A DNA stretch of 64,000 bases, from assembly GCF_009914755.1 (NCBI RefSeq), contig NC_060931.1; one strand, given 5' to 3'. Below are positions 15,520 through 32,460 of the stretch, piece after piece. Position 1 is the stretch's first letter. The number at the start of each line of letters is the position of its first letter. This stretch comes from the human T2T-CHM13v2.0 reference genome, Homo sapiens. Under the pieces are notes generated by a model, which was given only the letters and a program-made list of their open reading frames with translations, ran no database searches and was not told where the DNA came from. A program made the position numbers and the translations under genes.

Positions 15520-16567
15520 CTTTAAATTTAAACAATAGTTTAAAAGATTTTAAAATAAATGATAATAGAATAGACTAAAAAAATCTTACTAGCAAATTGA
15601 AATCTCAATACTCACTGGATGGAACACTGATATACATGACTCAAAACAGCATCAACTATTTTGGGGATGGCAGTTTCCACATTCCTACTTATATTTTGAA
15701 TGTAATAAAACTTACAGCAATTTAATTTTGCATATACTGCTCATTACTGTATAAGATAGTCTAAAGTTGTACTGGGTAGCAGAGAGCAGCTTAGGATATA
15801 CAGTTTTCTTCTCATAATTCACACAGTTTTCAGAGAATATATTCTGACAGAGACTGAATGTAGTGAAAACACATCTTTCAATGCTTAATTTCATCTAAAG
15901 AAGCTCTGACAAATAAATGAATTGAAATTTAGTGTATCAAGTAGAACACTTAGACAATGGACATCCACGGTATCAGAAGAGGTAGGAAAAGCACCTTCAC
16001 AGAATCTTGAGAAATGGGGATGGTCACCAAAATATGGTACAATAGGTGATTTGACCGTAGTGGGAATTCTTACAAAATCCTGACAAACTATCACTTATGC
16101 ATTGGATGTTGCTTAGAATTTCAAGCATATGGGATGCTCAGTCACCACAGTGGTTTCCATGCCAGTTCACCACAGTAGAACAGAGAGAGCATCAGGTACA
16201 CTTCTAAGGTGTCTGACTCCAAGCCCTGGCTCCTAGACAGAAGACCTAAAACTTTTAAATAATTTAAACATTTGCCTCTAACAATAGGCCAAAAATCCAC
16301 TTTTAAAAATGATTACCCTGACAACTACTAGAATAACCAAAATAATTTTTTAAACCAGCCATTTAAGGAAAGCAAAACTTTTAGACATCAATGGAAACTA
16401 GAGTTCTCATAATCGACTAGCAAAAATACTCTAAATTTTCATGAAAGCACGTACTATATAATAGCAACTTTCATGTACTTTTTCTACCTGTCACAAAAAG
16501 CTAGTCATTGGCCACCAGTAAGATCTAGAAATCATTTCTTAAATCAGAGTGGGGCTTGTGGTGTAGA

Positions 16568-16665
16568 GCAGGGGTTGGCAAACCATGGCTGTGAGTAAAA
16601 TCCATCCTACCTACTCTTCCAACTACCTAGTAGTTTTACTGGAATACACGCACACATCATAAATA
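16568..16665. mobile_element. MER58-like hAT fragment
   Basis: caggggttggcaaac terminus and gttttactggaatacac motif. Confidence 0.45.
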
Positions 16666-16817
16666 TGTGACACATTTGTCACTTTGGAAAAAACTGGCTT
16701 TTGCATTTTTCAGTTTTCAGAGGTCTGCTTGCTCCAGAGGCAACAGGTACATATTGTCATTTCTGGATGGTTATTGTCATTTTTTTTTAACTTCCAGTAC
16801 GAAAATGAGGATGAGTT

Positions 16818-16848
16818 TGTGTGTGTGTGTGTGTGTCTGTGTGTGTGT
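16818..16848 (+). repeat. (TG)n microsatellite about 70 nt past the exon 20 donor
   Basis: Directly visible. Confidence 0.9.
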
Positions 16849-16920
16849 AAAAATTTTCCCAATTCCTAAGAATTGGGAGTCGCCAAGTGAGTCTTGAAGA
16901 AATACTCATCAGCTGCCAAC

Positions 16921-17020
16921 CTCAAGTCTGCATCTTCGTAAAGTGGATGATTCACAATGGGATGAAGTGTAGACAGCTTGACGCTTGCCATTGTAGGCAT
17001 GGCACCTGCGAAGACAGCAT
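16921..17020 (-). pseudogene. DPY19L2P1: DPY19L2-like exon 20 (100 nt) [33 protein letters not shown](R)
   Basis: ttttttttcag|ATG...GAG|gttggc; phase 1/2; hallmark [11 protein letters not shown] motif. Confidence 0.94.
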
Positions 17021-17316
17021 CTGAAAAAAAAGGATATATTCTTCAATTAAATGTATTAAAGAAACTCAGAAGTTAAACTTACCTCTAATATGTGAACCCA
17101 AATTAAGAAGGATGATGCCTATTTACATGACCATGGACCTCATTCTTTTTATTAACTCAATAGTTATTCATTATCTACTACAATAATAGCTGACTTTTGT
17201 TAAATGCTATCTTGGTGATAGAAATTGTGCTCCATATTTTAACAAGAAATAACTTAATTTTCACAATTCTAAGGGGTAGGTCCTCTGTTCTTACTTTGTA
17301 GAATCTACAAACTGAG

Positions 17317-17476
17317 CATGTGAGGGGTCTGGGTTGTGCACTCATTAGAATCTAATGCCTGATGGTCTGAGGTGGAACAATTTCATCCAGAAACCACCCC
17401 CTACCCCCCAGTTCTGTGGAAAAAAATGGTCTTCCATGAAACTAGTCCCTGGTGCCAAAAAGGTTGCAGACTGCTG
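17317..17476 (+). mobile_element. MER1-like (hAT-Charlie) fragment inserted into a MIR (about 17180-17570)
   Basis: gaatctaatgcctgatggtctgaggtggaac...gtccctggtgccaaaaaggttg; MIR text resumes afterwards (aagttaagtgacttgcccaag). Confidence 0.75.
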
Positions 17477-18285
17477 TTGTAGATGATGAAGAGACACAGC
17501 CAAGTTAAGTGACTTGCCCAAGACTGCACAGCTAGGAAGTTCCAGAGCCTGCCCTCTTAGCTGTTTCACTAAAGCTTCCTGCTATGCTAGAGCACCATGC
17601 TAACAGCAGGACTACAGACACACATGAAACAAAAAGAATGTAAAATGTCACATCTGTTCCAAGAATGTGAAATGCCAGGAGCTGAGAGACTGCCATGAAG
17701 GGCAAGTCTCATGGGACATTTTTTCCAATGACTTTTGTGGCTGGTGAACTGTAGTCCTGTGGATGTGCCATAAAAAAAGGAAAACATTGTTTTCTTCCCT
17801 CAGATCATCTTTAATTAAGTTCTCAGAGTTACCATTTGACTTGACACCATTTATACATGTCATGAAATCATTTCACTACTTGCTAGTAGTACTTTTTGGA
17901 GTAATAACATGTATAAATTTGGTCATAACTAGACATACATCAAAATCTATCTGGCTTCCATTTCATCTCTTGAAATATCAGAAGACCAAATGCTTACTTC
18001 CTGGTACTTTTGTATAAAAAACAATTATAGTGGGAGTAGCCAAGATGGCCGAATAGGAACAGCTCTGGTCTACAGCTCCCAGCGTGAGCGACGCAGAAGA
18101 CGGGTGATTTCTGCATTTCCATCTGAGGTACCGGGTTCATCTCACTAGGGAGTGCCAGACAGTGGGCGCAGCTCAGTGGGTGCATGCAACGTGCGCGAGC
18201 TGAAGCACGGCAAGGCATTGCCTCACTTGGGAAGCGCAAGGGGTCAGGGAGTTCCCTTTCCCAGTCAAAGACAGGGGTGATGGAC

Positions 18286-18480
18286 TCACCTGGAAAATCG
18301 GGTCACTCCCACCCGAATATTGCGCTTTTCGGACCGGCTTAAAAAACGGTGCACCACGAGATTATATCCCGCACCTGGCTCGGAGGGTCCTACGCCCACA
18401 GAGTCTCGCTCATTGCTAGCACAGCAGTCTGAGATCACACTGCAAGGCGGCAGCGAGGCTGGGGGAGGGGCGCCCGCCAT
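18286..18480 (-). CDS. L1 ORF0 (64 aa, truncated at SD2) in the L1 antisense-promoter region
   Basis: GCAATGG Kozak at 18480; MAGAPPPASLPPCSVISDCCASNERDSVGVGPSEPGAGYNLVVHRFLSRSEKRNIRVGVTRFSR*; donors CAG|GTGCGG after nt 106 (18375) and CAG|GTGAGT after nt 191 (18290). Confidence 0.8.
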   Translation of the reverse strand: MAGAPPPASLPPCSVISDCCASNERDSVGVGPSEPGAGYNLVVHRFLSRSEKRNIRVGVTRFSR

Positions 18481-18935
18481 TGCCCAGGCTTGCTTAGGTA
18501 AACAAAGCAGCCTGGAAGCTCGAACTGGGTGGAGCCCACCACAGCTCAAGGAGGCCTGCCTGCCTCTGTAGGCTCCACCTCTGGGGGCAGGGCACAGACA
18601 AACAAAAAGACAGCAGTAACCTCTGCAGACTTAAATGTCCCTGTCTGACAGCTTGGAAGAGAGCAGTGGTTCTCCCAGTACGCAGCTGGAGATCTGAGAA
18701 CGGGCCAACTGCCTCCTCAAGTGGGTCCCTGACCCCTGACCCCCGAGCAGCCTAACTGGGAGGCACCCCGCAGCAGGGGCACACTGACACGTCACACGGC
18801 AGGGTATTCCAACAGACCTGCAGCTGAGGGTCCTGTCTGTTAGAAGGAAAACTAACAAACAGAAAGGACATCCACACCAAAAACCCATCTGTACATCACC
18901 ATCATCAAAGACCAAAAGTAGATAAAACCACAAAG

Positions 18936-19951
18936 ATGGGGAAAAAACAGAACAGAAAAACTGGAAACCCTAAAATGCAGAGTGCCTCTCCTCCTCCAAA
19001 GGAACGCAGTTCCTCACCAGCAACTGAACAAAGCTGGATGGAGAATGACTTTGACGAGCTGAGAGAAGAAGGCTTCAGACGATCAGATTACTCTGAGCTA
19101 CGGGAGGACATTCAAACCAAAGGGAAAGAAGTTGAAAACTTTGAAAAAAATTTAGAAGAATGTATAACTAGAATAACCAATACAGAGAAGTGCTTAAAGG
19201 AGCTGATGGAGCTGAAAACCAAGGCTCGAGAACTACGTGAAGAATGCAGAAGCCTCAGGAGCCGATGTGATCAACTGGAAGAAAGGGTATCAGCAATGGA
19301 AGATGAAATGAATGAAACAAGTGAGAAGGGAAGTTTAGAGAAAAAAGAATAAAAAGAAATGAGCAAAGCCTCCAAGAAATATGGGACTATGTGAAAAGAC
19401 CAAATCTACGTCTGATTGGTGTACCTGAAACTGACGGGGAGAATGGAACCAAGTTGGAAAACACTCTGCAGGATATTATCCAGGAGAACTTGCCCAATCT
19501 AGCAAGGCAGGCCAACATTCAGATTCAGGAAATACAGAGAACGCCACAAAGATACTCCTCGAGAAGAGCAACTCCAAGACACATAATTGTCAGATTCACC
19601 AAAGTTGAAATGAAGGAAAAAATGTTAAGGGCAGCCAGAGAGAAAGGTCGGGTTACCCTCAAAGGGAAGCCCATCAGACTAACAGCGGATCTCTCGGCAG
19701 AAACCCTACAAGCCAGAAGAGAGTGGGGGCCAATATTCAACATTCTTAAAGGAAAGAATTTTCAACCCAGAATTTCATATCCAGCCAAACTAAGCTTCAT
19801 AAGTGAAGGAGAAATAAAATCCTTTAGAGACAAGCAAATGCTGAGAGATTTTGTCACCACTAGGCCTGCCCTAAAAGAGCTCCTGAAGGAAGCGCTAAAC
19901 ATGGAAAGGAACAACCAGTACCAGCCGCTGCAAAATCAAGCCAAAATGTAA
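18936..19951 (+). pseudogene. L1 ORF1p, frameshifted
   Basis: Split into ORFs 18936..19352 (MGKKQNRK) and 19391..19951 (RPNLRLIGVPE...). Confidence 0.93.
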
Positions 19952-19990
19952 AGACCATCGAGACTAGGAAGAAACTGCATTAACTAATGA

Positions 19991-23832
<3,842 letters not shown>

Positions 23833-24599
23833 ACAATGAGATCACATGGACACAGGAAGGGGAACATCACACTCTGGGGACTGTTGTGGGGTGGGGGAGG
23901 GGGGAGGGATAGCATTGGGAGATATACCTAATGCTACATGATGAGTTAGTGGATGCAGCGCACCAGCATGGCCCATGTATACGTATGTAACTAACCTGCG
24001 CAATGTGCACATGTACCCTAAAACTTAAAGTATAATAAAAAAAAAAGTAAAAAAAAAAAAAATCTTACATTCCTTCTCATGTTAATAGTTATTATTTTTT
24101 AAATATGATGCTATTAGCAAATTTTAGATTGGCATCCTTAATACATTAGTTAGATGTTAGTAATTCCACTTTTCCCTATAACTGTATTTTTCTTTTTAAT
24201 CAGAAATCAATCTTGAGTTTTGTTCAATAATTTTATGATATTTATTCTGATTTTTATATTACTTTCTATTAATATATTGGTAAGTTTTTCTAAGATTTTC
24301 CATATGTTTATCTGAAAGAAGTTCTGTAATTTTCTTCACTGTTGCCATTATCAGATTATATATCAGATTTACAAAAGTTTTGTTAAAAATTTCGTTCCCC
24401 CCCATTTTTCTATGTCATTGAACATTTTGTTGATATTTCACATTTCTTGATTATTGAAGGAAATCTATAAGTCCATTGCTTGTAAATGTTTTTTTGGAGG
24501 GAAGTTACTCTTTTTTAGTAGATACTACATTGTTATTGCTATATTCACCTATTAAAGTTAAATTATCTACTTTATTAAGACTTAAATATCTATTTTAAA

Positions 24600-25945
24600 A
24601 AAACCTTAAATCTAAGACCTCAAACTCTGAAATTACTACAAGAAAACTTTGGGGAAACTCTCCAGGACTTTGGTTTGGACAAGGAGTTCTTGAGTAAATA
24701 CCTGGGAAGCACAGGCAACCAAAGCAAAAATGAACAAATGGGATCACATCAAGTGTAAAAGCTTCTGCACAGCAAAGGAAACAATCAGCAAAGTGAAGAG
24801 ACAACCCAAAGTATGGGTGAAAATATTTGCAAACTACCAATCTGACAAGGAATTAATAACCAGAATATATAAGGAGCTCAAACAACTCTGTAGGAAAAGA
24901 AAATCTAAAAATCCACTTTAAAAATGGGGAAAGGATCTGAATAGACATTTCTCGAAAGAAAACATACAAGTGGCAAACAGGTACATGAAAAGGTGCTCAA
25001 CATCACTGATCATCAGAGAAATGCAAATCAATACTACAGTGAAATAGCATCTCACTCCAGTTAAAATGGCTATTACTCAAAAGACAGGCAATAACAAATG
25101 GCTGTTATCCAAAAGACAGGAAAAGATGTGGAGAAAAGGGAACTCTCATACACTTTTGGTGAAAATGTAAATTAGTACAACCACTATGTAGAAGAGTTTG
25201 GAGGTTCCTCAAAAAACTAAAAATAGACTTACCAAATGATCCAGCAATCCTACTCTTAGATATATACCCCAAAGAAAGGAAATAAATATTTAGAAGAGGT
25301 ATCTGCACTCCCATGTTTATTGCAGCACTTCTCACAATAGCCTAGATTTGGAAGCAACCTAAGTGTCCATCAACAGGTTAATGGATAAAGAAAATGTGGT
25401 ACATAGAAACAACGCAGTGCTATTCAGACATAAAAACGAGTGAGATCCTGTCATAAAAAAAAGAATGAGATCCTATCCATTAACATGAATGGAACTGGAG
25501 GTCATTACATTAATTGAAATAAGCCAGGTACAGAAAGACAAACTTTGCAGGTTCTTACTTATTTGTGGGAGCTAAAAATTAAAAGAGTTGAACTCATGGA
25601 GATCAAGAATAGAATGATGGTTACCAGAGGCTGGGAAGGATAGTGAGGGGGTGGAGGGGAAGTGAGGATGGTTAATGTGCACCAACAAAATAGAATGGAT
25701 AAGATGTAGTGTTTGGTAACACAGAAGGGTGACTGTAGTCAACAAAATTTTACTGTACATTTAAAAATAACTGAGAGAGTATAACTGGATTGTTTGTAAC
25801 ACAAAGGATCAATGCTTCAGGTGATGGATACTCCATTTACCCTGATGTGATTATTACACATTGTATGCCTGTATCAATGTATCAAAATATCCCATCTACC
25901 CCATAAATATATACACCTGCTCTGTACCCACATAAATTAAAAACT
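24600..25945 (+). mobile_element. 5'-truncated L1MA-like element
   Basis: [21 protein letters not shown]2 fragment and L1MA-type 3' UTR. Confidence 0.85.
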
Positions 25946-26114
25946 TTGAGAACCCTGAGAGTTTACTTTCCAGTATAACTAAGCATTCTAAATGCAACTT
26001 TGAATGAAAATTTCTTTATATGCCTCAAATTTGAAAATATGTAAGCTAGTCAAAGAATGTGTATTTATTATTGGAGACTCAATAATTAATGATGACAAGC
26101 TGTTAAGCTAGAGA

Positions 26115-26301
26115 AGTGGTTCTCAGGCAGGCATGATTTTGCTCCCTAGGGAGCACTATCAACTTCTGGAGACATTTTTCGATGTCATGCTATGGGGAGG
26201 AGGGAGGAGATGCTGTTGGCATCTTGTAGATAGAGGCCAAGGATTTCTTGTAATACATAGGACAGCCTCAATGTCAACTGTGCTAAGGTTGGGAAATGCT
26301 G
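26115..26301. mobile_element. MER20 (hAT-Charlie)
   Basis: agtggttctca...tctggagacattttt...tagaggccaaggat...ggttgggaaatgctg. Confidence 0.75.
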
Positions 26302-27990
26302 AGTAAGAAGAATTGAAAGCCCAGGGCCAGGGTCTTCCAAAAAAAACTAGGCACACCTGTCCAGCAAGAGCTGGACCCAGTGAGTTGTCACCTATGGCAG
26401 ACAGAGAGGAAGAAATACCCTCCCACTCCACTTTCTATCTTTTTGGCTGTGAAGTAAATGAGCATAACAAGGAAAAATCAGATATTTTCCTATCACTGTA
26501 TGGAAGTCTCCATTTAGCCTACTACACAGATTAGAAAAAGGTATTCCCCTGACTTGACAGAGCCCCATTATACCTGGCTTGATGAGTGGACCACAAGCTG
26601 GATTTAAGCTTTCACTTATCCTCTCAATTGGTCACCTTTGTGCAGTGCACAAACTATACAACCGTATATGGCAGACCTCAATATAAGCACTAGTTCCACT
26701 AATACTACAAAACTTCCTACAGCTTTTAATATGTGGTAACCATGAGATAACTCACAATAAGAGTAATTAAAAGGAGAATAAGACAGATTGAAAAGAAGAT
26801 CAAAGACGAGGCATCTAAAAGTGAGACAGGGGTTTGTGGCAGTTATCTTAGAAGGATAAGTTGCCAAATGTAGGCTCTCTGTCAGGAACCCAATACAAAC
26901 ACCGGAACAAAGAAAGACACAAGAAAAGATTAAAAGGGCAGCTATTTTTAAAAGCTTGGGAAAAATAGCTATAACTGGGGAGGGGCAGGCAAGGGAGAGT
27001 AAAGAAAGGGAGTGATTACCTTGAGCTCCTATGTGGAAAAAGTCAGCTGGGGATTACTTTTAAAATTCTAATTAAACTGGCTTGGCAGTTTAATGAGGCA
27101 CTGTCACCTACACCCTTTGAAAGCTATAGACCAAATATCTTACTTAAAGCTTATAAAGATTTACCTTAATGAAGGTTAATTAGCAAAAAAGTGGCTATCA
27201 AATAAGAAATAAAAGGAAACAAGCTCAGGAGTCATAAGAAAATTTAAATAAATCATAGTGAAGAACTTGTGCCAGAGTAAGTTTCTAAATATCAAAAATA
27301 ATCTTTGATTTACAAATTTAGTTACAGAAAATGTTATAGACTTATTCTCTGGAAAGGTATTTAAAAATATCTATCTGCTTGAGGTAGTTCTGAATAAAGA
27401 CAGGAAGAAAAGAAGGTAAGCTAAAAAGAAAATTTTGGAGTATTTAAAAGTAGGATGTATAGTATCTCTGTGAGATGATTTAGTGAAGAAAATAGAATAT
27501 CCAAGATTTTAACTCTTCTGCCAATGACCTGTTTTACAGAATTAGAGGAGACAGCACTGATGGGAGTGACAGAAGCGGTGCCGGTTAACTCCCCACCATC
27601 AAAAGTATCTTCTGCTGTAGTCTGGCACAAGGTGTGAAATTTCATTTTTAAAGATTTACTTCTTTGATTTGTCATTGTTATGGTTAAAATGCTATAATGC
27701 TGTCTGAGAGTTAAAGGACATAACTTGTGAAAAATCATTAATTTCCTGGTGCTGATTTAAATTCTTTGATAATTATCTGGGAGGGGCTTAAAGGGGGTGC
27801 AAAATTGCCTTTTGGAAGGGTTTAATTGATTGACATTGCAATAGTCTGCTCAAAGTCTGTGAGAGTATGAATGCCTATCTGTAAATCTGTCATACATACA
27901 TATATCAGAAATGACAATAATTATATATAGTATACACAAATGTGTCTGTATGTTTGTATAAAACTAGCATATAACCAAATACCTACACAC

Positions 27991-28165
27991 CTGATGTGGT
28001 ATTGTATTTGATCCACTGTAAAAGTTCTTCCTGAGGCAAATTATTAAATTCTCCTATTATGCTCCATTGATTACGGAGGTTTGCATAACCTTGTATTGAC
28101 ATCACTGTTAGAATGCCAAAGATAACATTATCAAAACGAACTCTGCGAAAAAGCCAGCCAAAGAG
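27991..28165 (-). pseudogene. DPY19L2P1: DPY19L2-like exon 19 (175 nt) LFGWLFRRVRFDNVIFGILTVMSIQGYANLRNQWSIIGEFNNLPQEELLQWIKYNTTS
   Basis: cag|CTC...TCAG|gtgtgt; phase 0/1. Confidence 0.93.
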
Positions 28166-28810
28166 CTGAAACGAAAGAAACCATTTATTTCTAGTTCTTA
28201 TATGAAGAGTACTATAGGGTCAACAATAAATTCTCACCTTGTTACTCAAACCAACGTGAATTACCCTTTGATATCAGCACACATGTATACAGAATTATCA
28301 TCTCCGATTGTTTCTAAAGCAACGGATATATTGGCATTACAGGGCCCAGGTGAAAATGGGACTTTCTCTCCCCTGGGAAGAATTAAGGAAGATATACCTG
28401 ATCCTTCTAGTACTAATTTACTACTAAGGATTAAAATAAACAAATCACAACTGTGAAACATCTTAGAACTAAATCCTTTCATCCTTGGCTGCCTTTTGTG
28501 GACATGGTTAGTAGACAGGGAAGCCCTATTAGCATGATATATATAGATTCTTCTCAGGAAAACAGGCATTATGATATTTTAAGGCTATACACTCATAATA
28601 AAAACTAAGTGAGGTGTTTGTAGAAGTACCTTAGGCCCAATATTCTAGCAATTTATCTAGTTCTTTTGTATGTTAGATAACACTGATAGAACCCCAGAAT
28701 TTCTTATAGATTCTTCAAGCCAAACAGGACCATATTAGGGCAATTACTCTGCATCTACTCTGGTATTGGATGAGTATTTCAGGGTACTTTTGGTGAACCA
28801 GGAAACTCTT

Positions 28811-29411
<601 letters not shown>

Positions 29412-29717
29412 ACTCTTACACAAACCTGAACTCTAAAAGGTTGTGTTCATGGACAGGATATTAACAGAGGGGAAATGTTTGCCTAATCACTTGTTATAGA
29501 AATATCAATTAAAATCCAGAAATACTTTTCAAAGCCACTTGAAATTGCTTTTCTTGCTTATAGTGAATCATGAAGTAATATTTTAAATCATTTAACTTAG
29601 TTAAGTTAAAAACACTTAGTGTGTTTATATTTTGAATTAGTCAGCAAAGCCACGGTAACTACTAAGTATAGCTGCTATAGTTTTTATAGTATTGTTATAC
29701 AAGAATGAATCCCTTAC

Positions 29718-29837
29718 CTGTCGAGAGCATATCAAGGAAGCCATAACACACATGTGCAGCGTCAAAAACATCTTTAGCCTCATAATTAAAATGGCAAGGG
29801 CAGTAAACGCTAACAACTGCAATGTGTGAAAAGCCAG
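29718..29837 (-). pseudogene. DPY19L2P1: DPY19L2-like exon 18 (120 nt) LAFHTLQLLAFTALAILIMRLKMFLTLHMCVMASLICSRQ
   Basis: tag|CTG...CAG|gtaagg; DPY19 IMRLK motif; overlaps ORF 29637..29822. Confidence 0.93.
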
Positions 29838-29957
29838 CTATAAAAACACAAATAAGACAAAATCACATTGTTACTTTTCATATTTTTAAATTAATGAAGT
29901 ATATTAAAACTATATTATTCATTAAGACAAGGATCTTCTAAGTAATAAGCCTATCAG

Positions 29958-30240
29958 TATTCATTCAACAATAATTTATTGAATGTCTACTATGTTCCAG
30001 GTACTCTTCTGGGTGCTTCGGATACAGCAGTGAGCAATTTCTGTCCTTGTATTACATTTAACTACATTTAGTAATGAAAGACAATACATAGAAATAACAA
30101 ATAAATAAATCCATTACATAGTCTACTGTAAGGCAATAAGTGCAGTTGGCAAGAAAATGGAGCAGGCAGAGGAGCTAGGGAGAGCAGGAGGTGGTGTGAG
30201 GAGGTGGAGGACCAACACAGTGGGCCTCACTGTAAAGTGA
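29958..30240 (-). mobile_element. L2 3' fragment
   Basis: attcattcaacaataatttattgaatgtctactatgttccaggtact. Confidence 0.65.
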
Positions 30241-30252
30241 CAAAGTTACTAA

Positions 30253-30490
30253 TGCATCCCTGATCCAAAAATCTGAAATCTACAATGCTCCAAAATCTGA
30301 AACTTTTGAGTACCAATATGATGTTCAAAGGTTATGCTAAAACAAATGCTCATTGAAGCATTTTGGATTTTGGATTTTCAGGTTAGGGATGCTCAACTAG
30401 TAACTACATTGTAAATATTCCAAAATTCAATAAAATCTGAAATCTGAAACGCCTCTAGTCCTAAGCATTTTGGATAAGGGATACTCAACA
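30253..30490. mobile_element. Tigger4/MER46-like MITE
   Basis: catccctgatccaaaaatctgaaat...ttttggataagggatactcaac inverted termini. Confidence 0.75.
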
Positions 30491-31117
30491 TGTGTCATAA
30501 ACTATCTCTATTAAGTTCAAATTCAGTTACCCACTCCTGTAAATTTGACCTTTACCTCAAGACCCACTTAAAGTTCTATCAAATAGGAAATATTTCCAGC
30601 CCACACTGATCTTTTCCTTTGTATGCCACAAAATAATTTTACACCATATAAAATGTTGTCTTATTTGTCTCCTTTGTAAAATTACACATACTGAAGGGCA
30701 GGAACATGACTTTAGTATCTTTTGTATCCTTCAACACTTCTGAGCTTGTCACTTACTGACCAGCAAATCTACATGGTGGCAGATGGCCACCAGTCACAGG
30801 GCGAAGGGTGCCTGCCCTAATGGACTGTAGCTGATTAGCTCAGCAGGCTAGAAACCAAATGCTTGTTATTGTTAAATGAATGCAATTTAATTTAATTCTG
30901 TACTATAGTCATAAATCAGCCTTCTAGCTTTTAAATCCTTATTACTATTCAAAAGTAACAGCAGATGAAAGAGTGAGAAGGATCGGCAGAAATTTATCAC
31001 AAATGCTGAACAACTCACTACTGATGGTGCATCAGCAGCAAGGTTATACCTTTGTCAATTACCCTCAAACTAGAATTTAATACACAAGTCTACCAGAGAT
31101 TAAAATGAAAGCTTTAC

Positions 31118-31142
31118 CTCACTGTGTTCAAGGAGCTGTTTT
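31118..31142 (-). pseudogene. DPY19L2P1: DPY19L2-like exon 17 (25-nt micro-exon) (R)KQLLEHSE
   Basis: tag|AAAACAG...GAG|gtaaag; phase 2/0 restores the frame after the 47-nt exon. Confidence 0.88.
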
Positions 31143-31322
31143 CTAGAATAAAACAAAAATATTATCTATTTACTGAAGGTCTTTTATACTATGAATACAT
31201 AAAAATAAGCTTCATTTGTTTGATCTTAGATTTTTAAAATGTGACTATCTCTAAACTACTTAGGAACATACATAAAAATAAAAATATCAGATAATAGTAC
31301 AAAAATTATAACAATTTAAAAG

Positions 31323-31371
31323 TTATAGTCATAATTTATAGTCATAATTTATAGTCATAATTTATAGTCAT
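31323..31371 (+). repeat. 13-bp tandem repeat (TTATAGTCATAAT) x ~3.8
   Basis: Directly visible, perfect units. Confidence 0.9.
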
Positions 31372-31745
31372 CCTATTCAAGATATGTCAAAAATTTGTTC
31401 TTTGGTTAAGACAAAATAGATTTTACAGATCCCTGGAGATTGTACCTCTCATTAATAAATGAATAGGATGACCTTCTATTCGACCTATATATACAGTGTA
31501 TACAGTACTTTAGATGACCACTGTTAAACTTTTGAGTTATTTTCATTTTTCACAATTACAAATAACACGGACACTCATGCATAAAACTTTGTAAGCATCT
31601 CTGAATATTTCCGTAGCATAAATTTCCAGAAGAAAAATTATTGGGTAAAACATAAATATTTTCAGTTTCAGCAAAGTTGTCCCTTTACAAAATATTTATA
31701 GTACACCTACTGTATTCTAGGCACTGTGCAATGAAATGAATACCA

Positions 31746-32460
31746 CAGTCCCTGCTTATCCTCTGATCCTCACTTTCCACAGTTTCAGTTACCTGTGGTC
31801 AACTGCAGTCCAAAAATATTAAATGAAAAAAGTTCCAGGAAATAAACAATTCCTAAGTTTTAAATTGTGCACCACACTGAATAGTGAAATCTCAAGTCAC
31901 CCTGCTTCATCCTACCTGGGACATGACTCACCCTTTTGTCCAGCATATCCATGCTGTATACGTCACCAGCCTGTTAGTCATGTAGTTACCATCTTAGTTA
32001 TCAGATGGACTCTGGTGGTATCTCAGTGCTTGTTTTCAAGTAACCCTTTTCTGACTTAATAATGGCCCCAAAGTTCAAGAGCAGTGATGATGGCAGTTGA
32101 GATATGTCAAAGAGAAGCTGTAAAGTGCTTTCTTTAAGGGAAAAGGTGAAAGTTCTCAAAAGAAAAAACATCATATGCTGAGGTTGCTAAGATCTACGGT
32201 AAGAACAAATCTACCCATGAAATTGTGAAGAAGAAGGAAAAATTAATGTTAGTTTTGCTGTTGCATCTAAAACTGCAAAAGTTATGGCCACAGTCCATGA
32301 TGAGTGCTTAGTTAAGACGGAAAAGGCATTAAATCTGTGGGTGGAAGACGTGCACAGAAATGTGTTCCGATGGTGGCAATCACGTGTGTTACTCTCTGCA
32401 GTTTCAAGCATCCACTGGGGGTCTTGGGATGCGTCGCCCTGCAGATAAGGGCAACTGCTG
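31746..32460 (+). mobile_element. MER44-like (Tigger7-derived) DNA transposon
   Basis: cagtccctgcttatcc...gcagataagggcaactgctg TIR-like ends; internal degraded transposase N-terminus-like text. Confidence 0.75.

Noticed and set aside
15600-16260. Possible extra exon in intron 20 (ORFs 15712..15894 and 15891..16094, a tttag acceptor near 16246, a gtgagt donor near 15615)
   Set aside because: No recognisable protein similarity, and exons 20 and 21 already join in frame. Isolated splice-like motifs are expected by chance.
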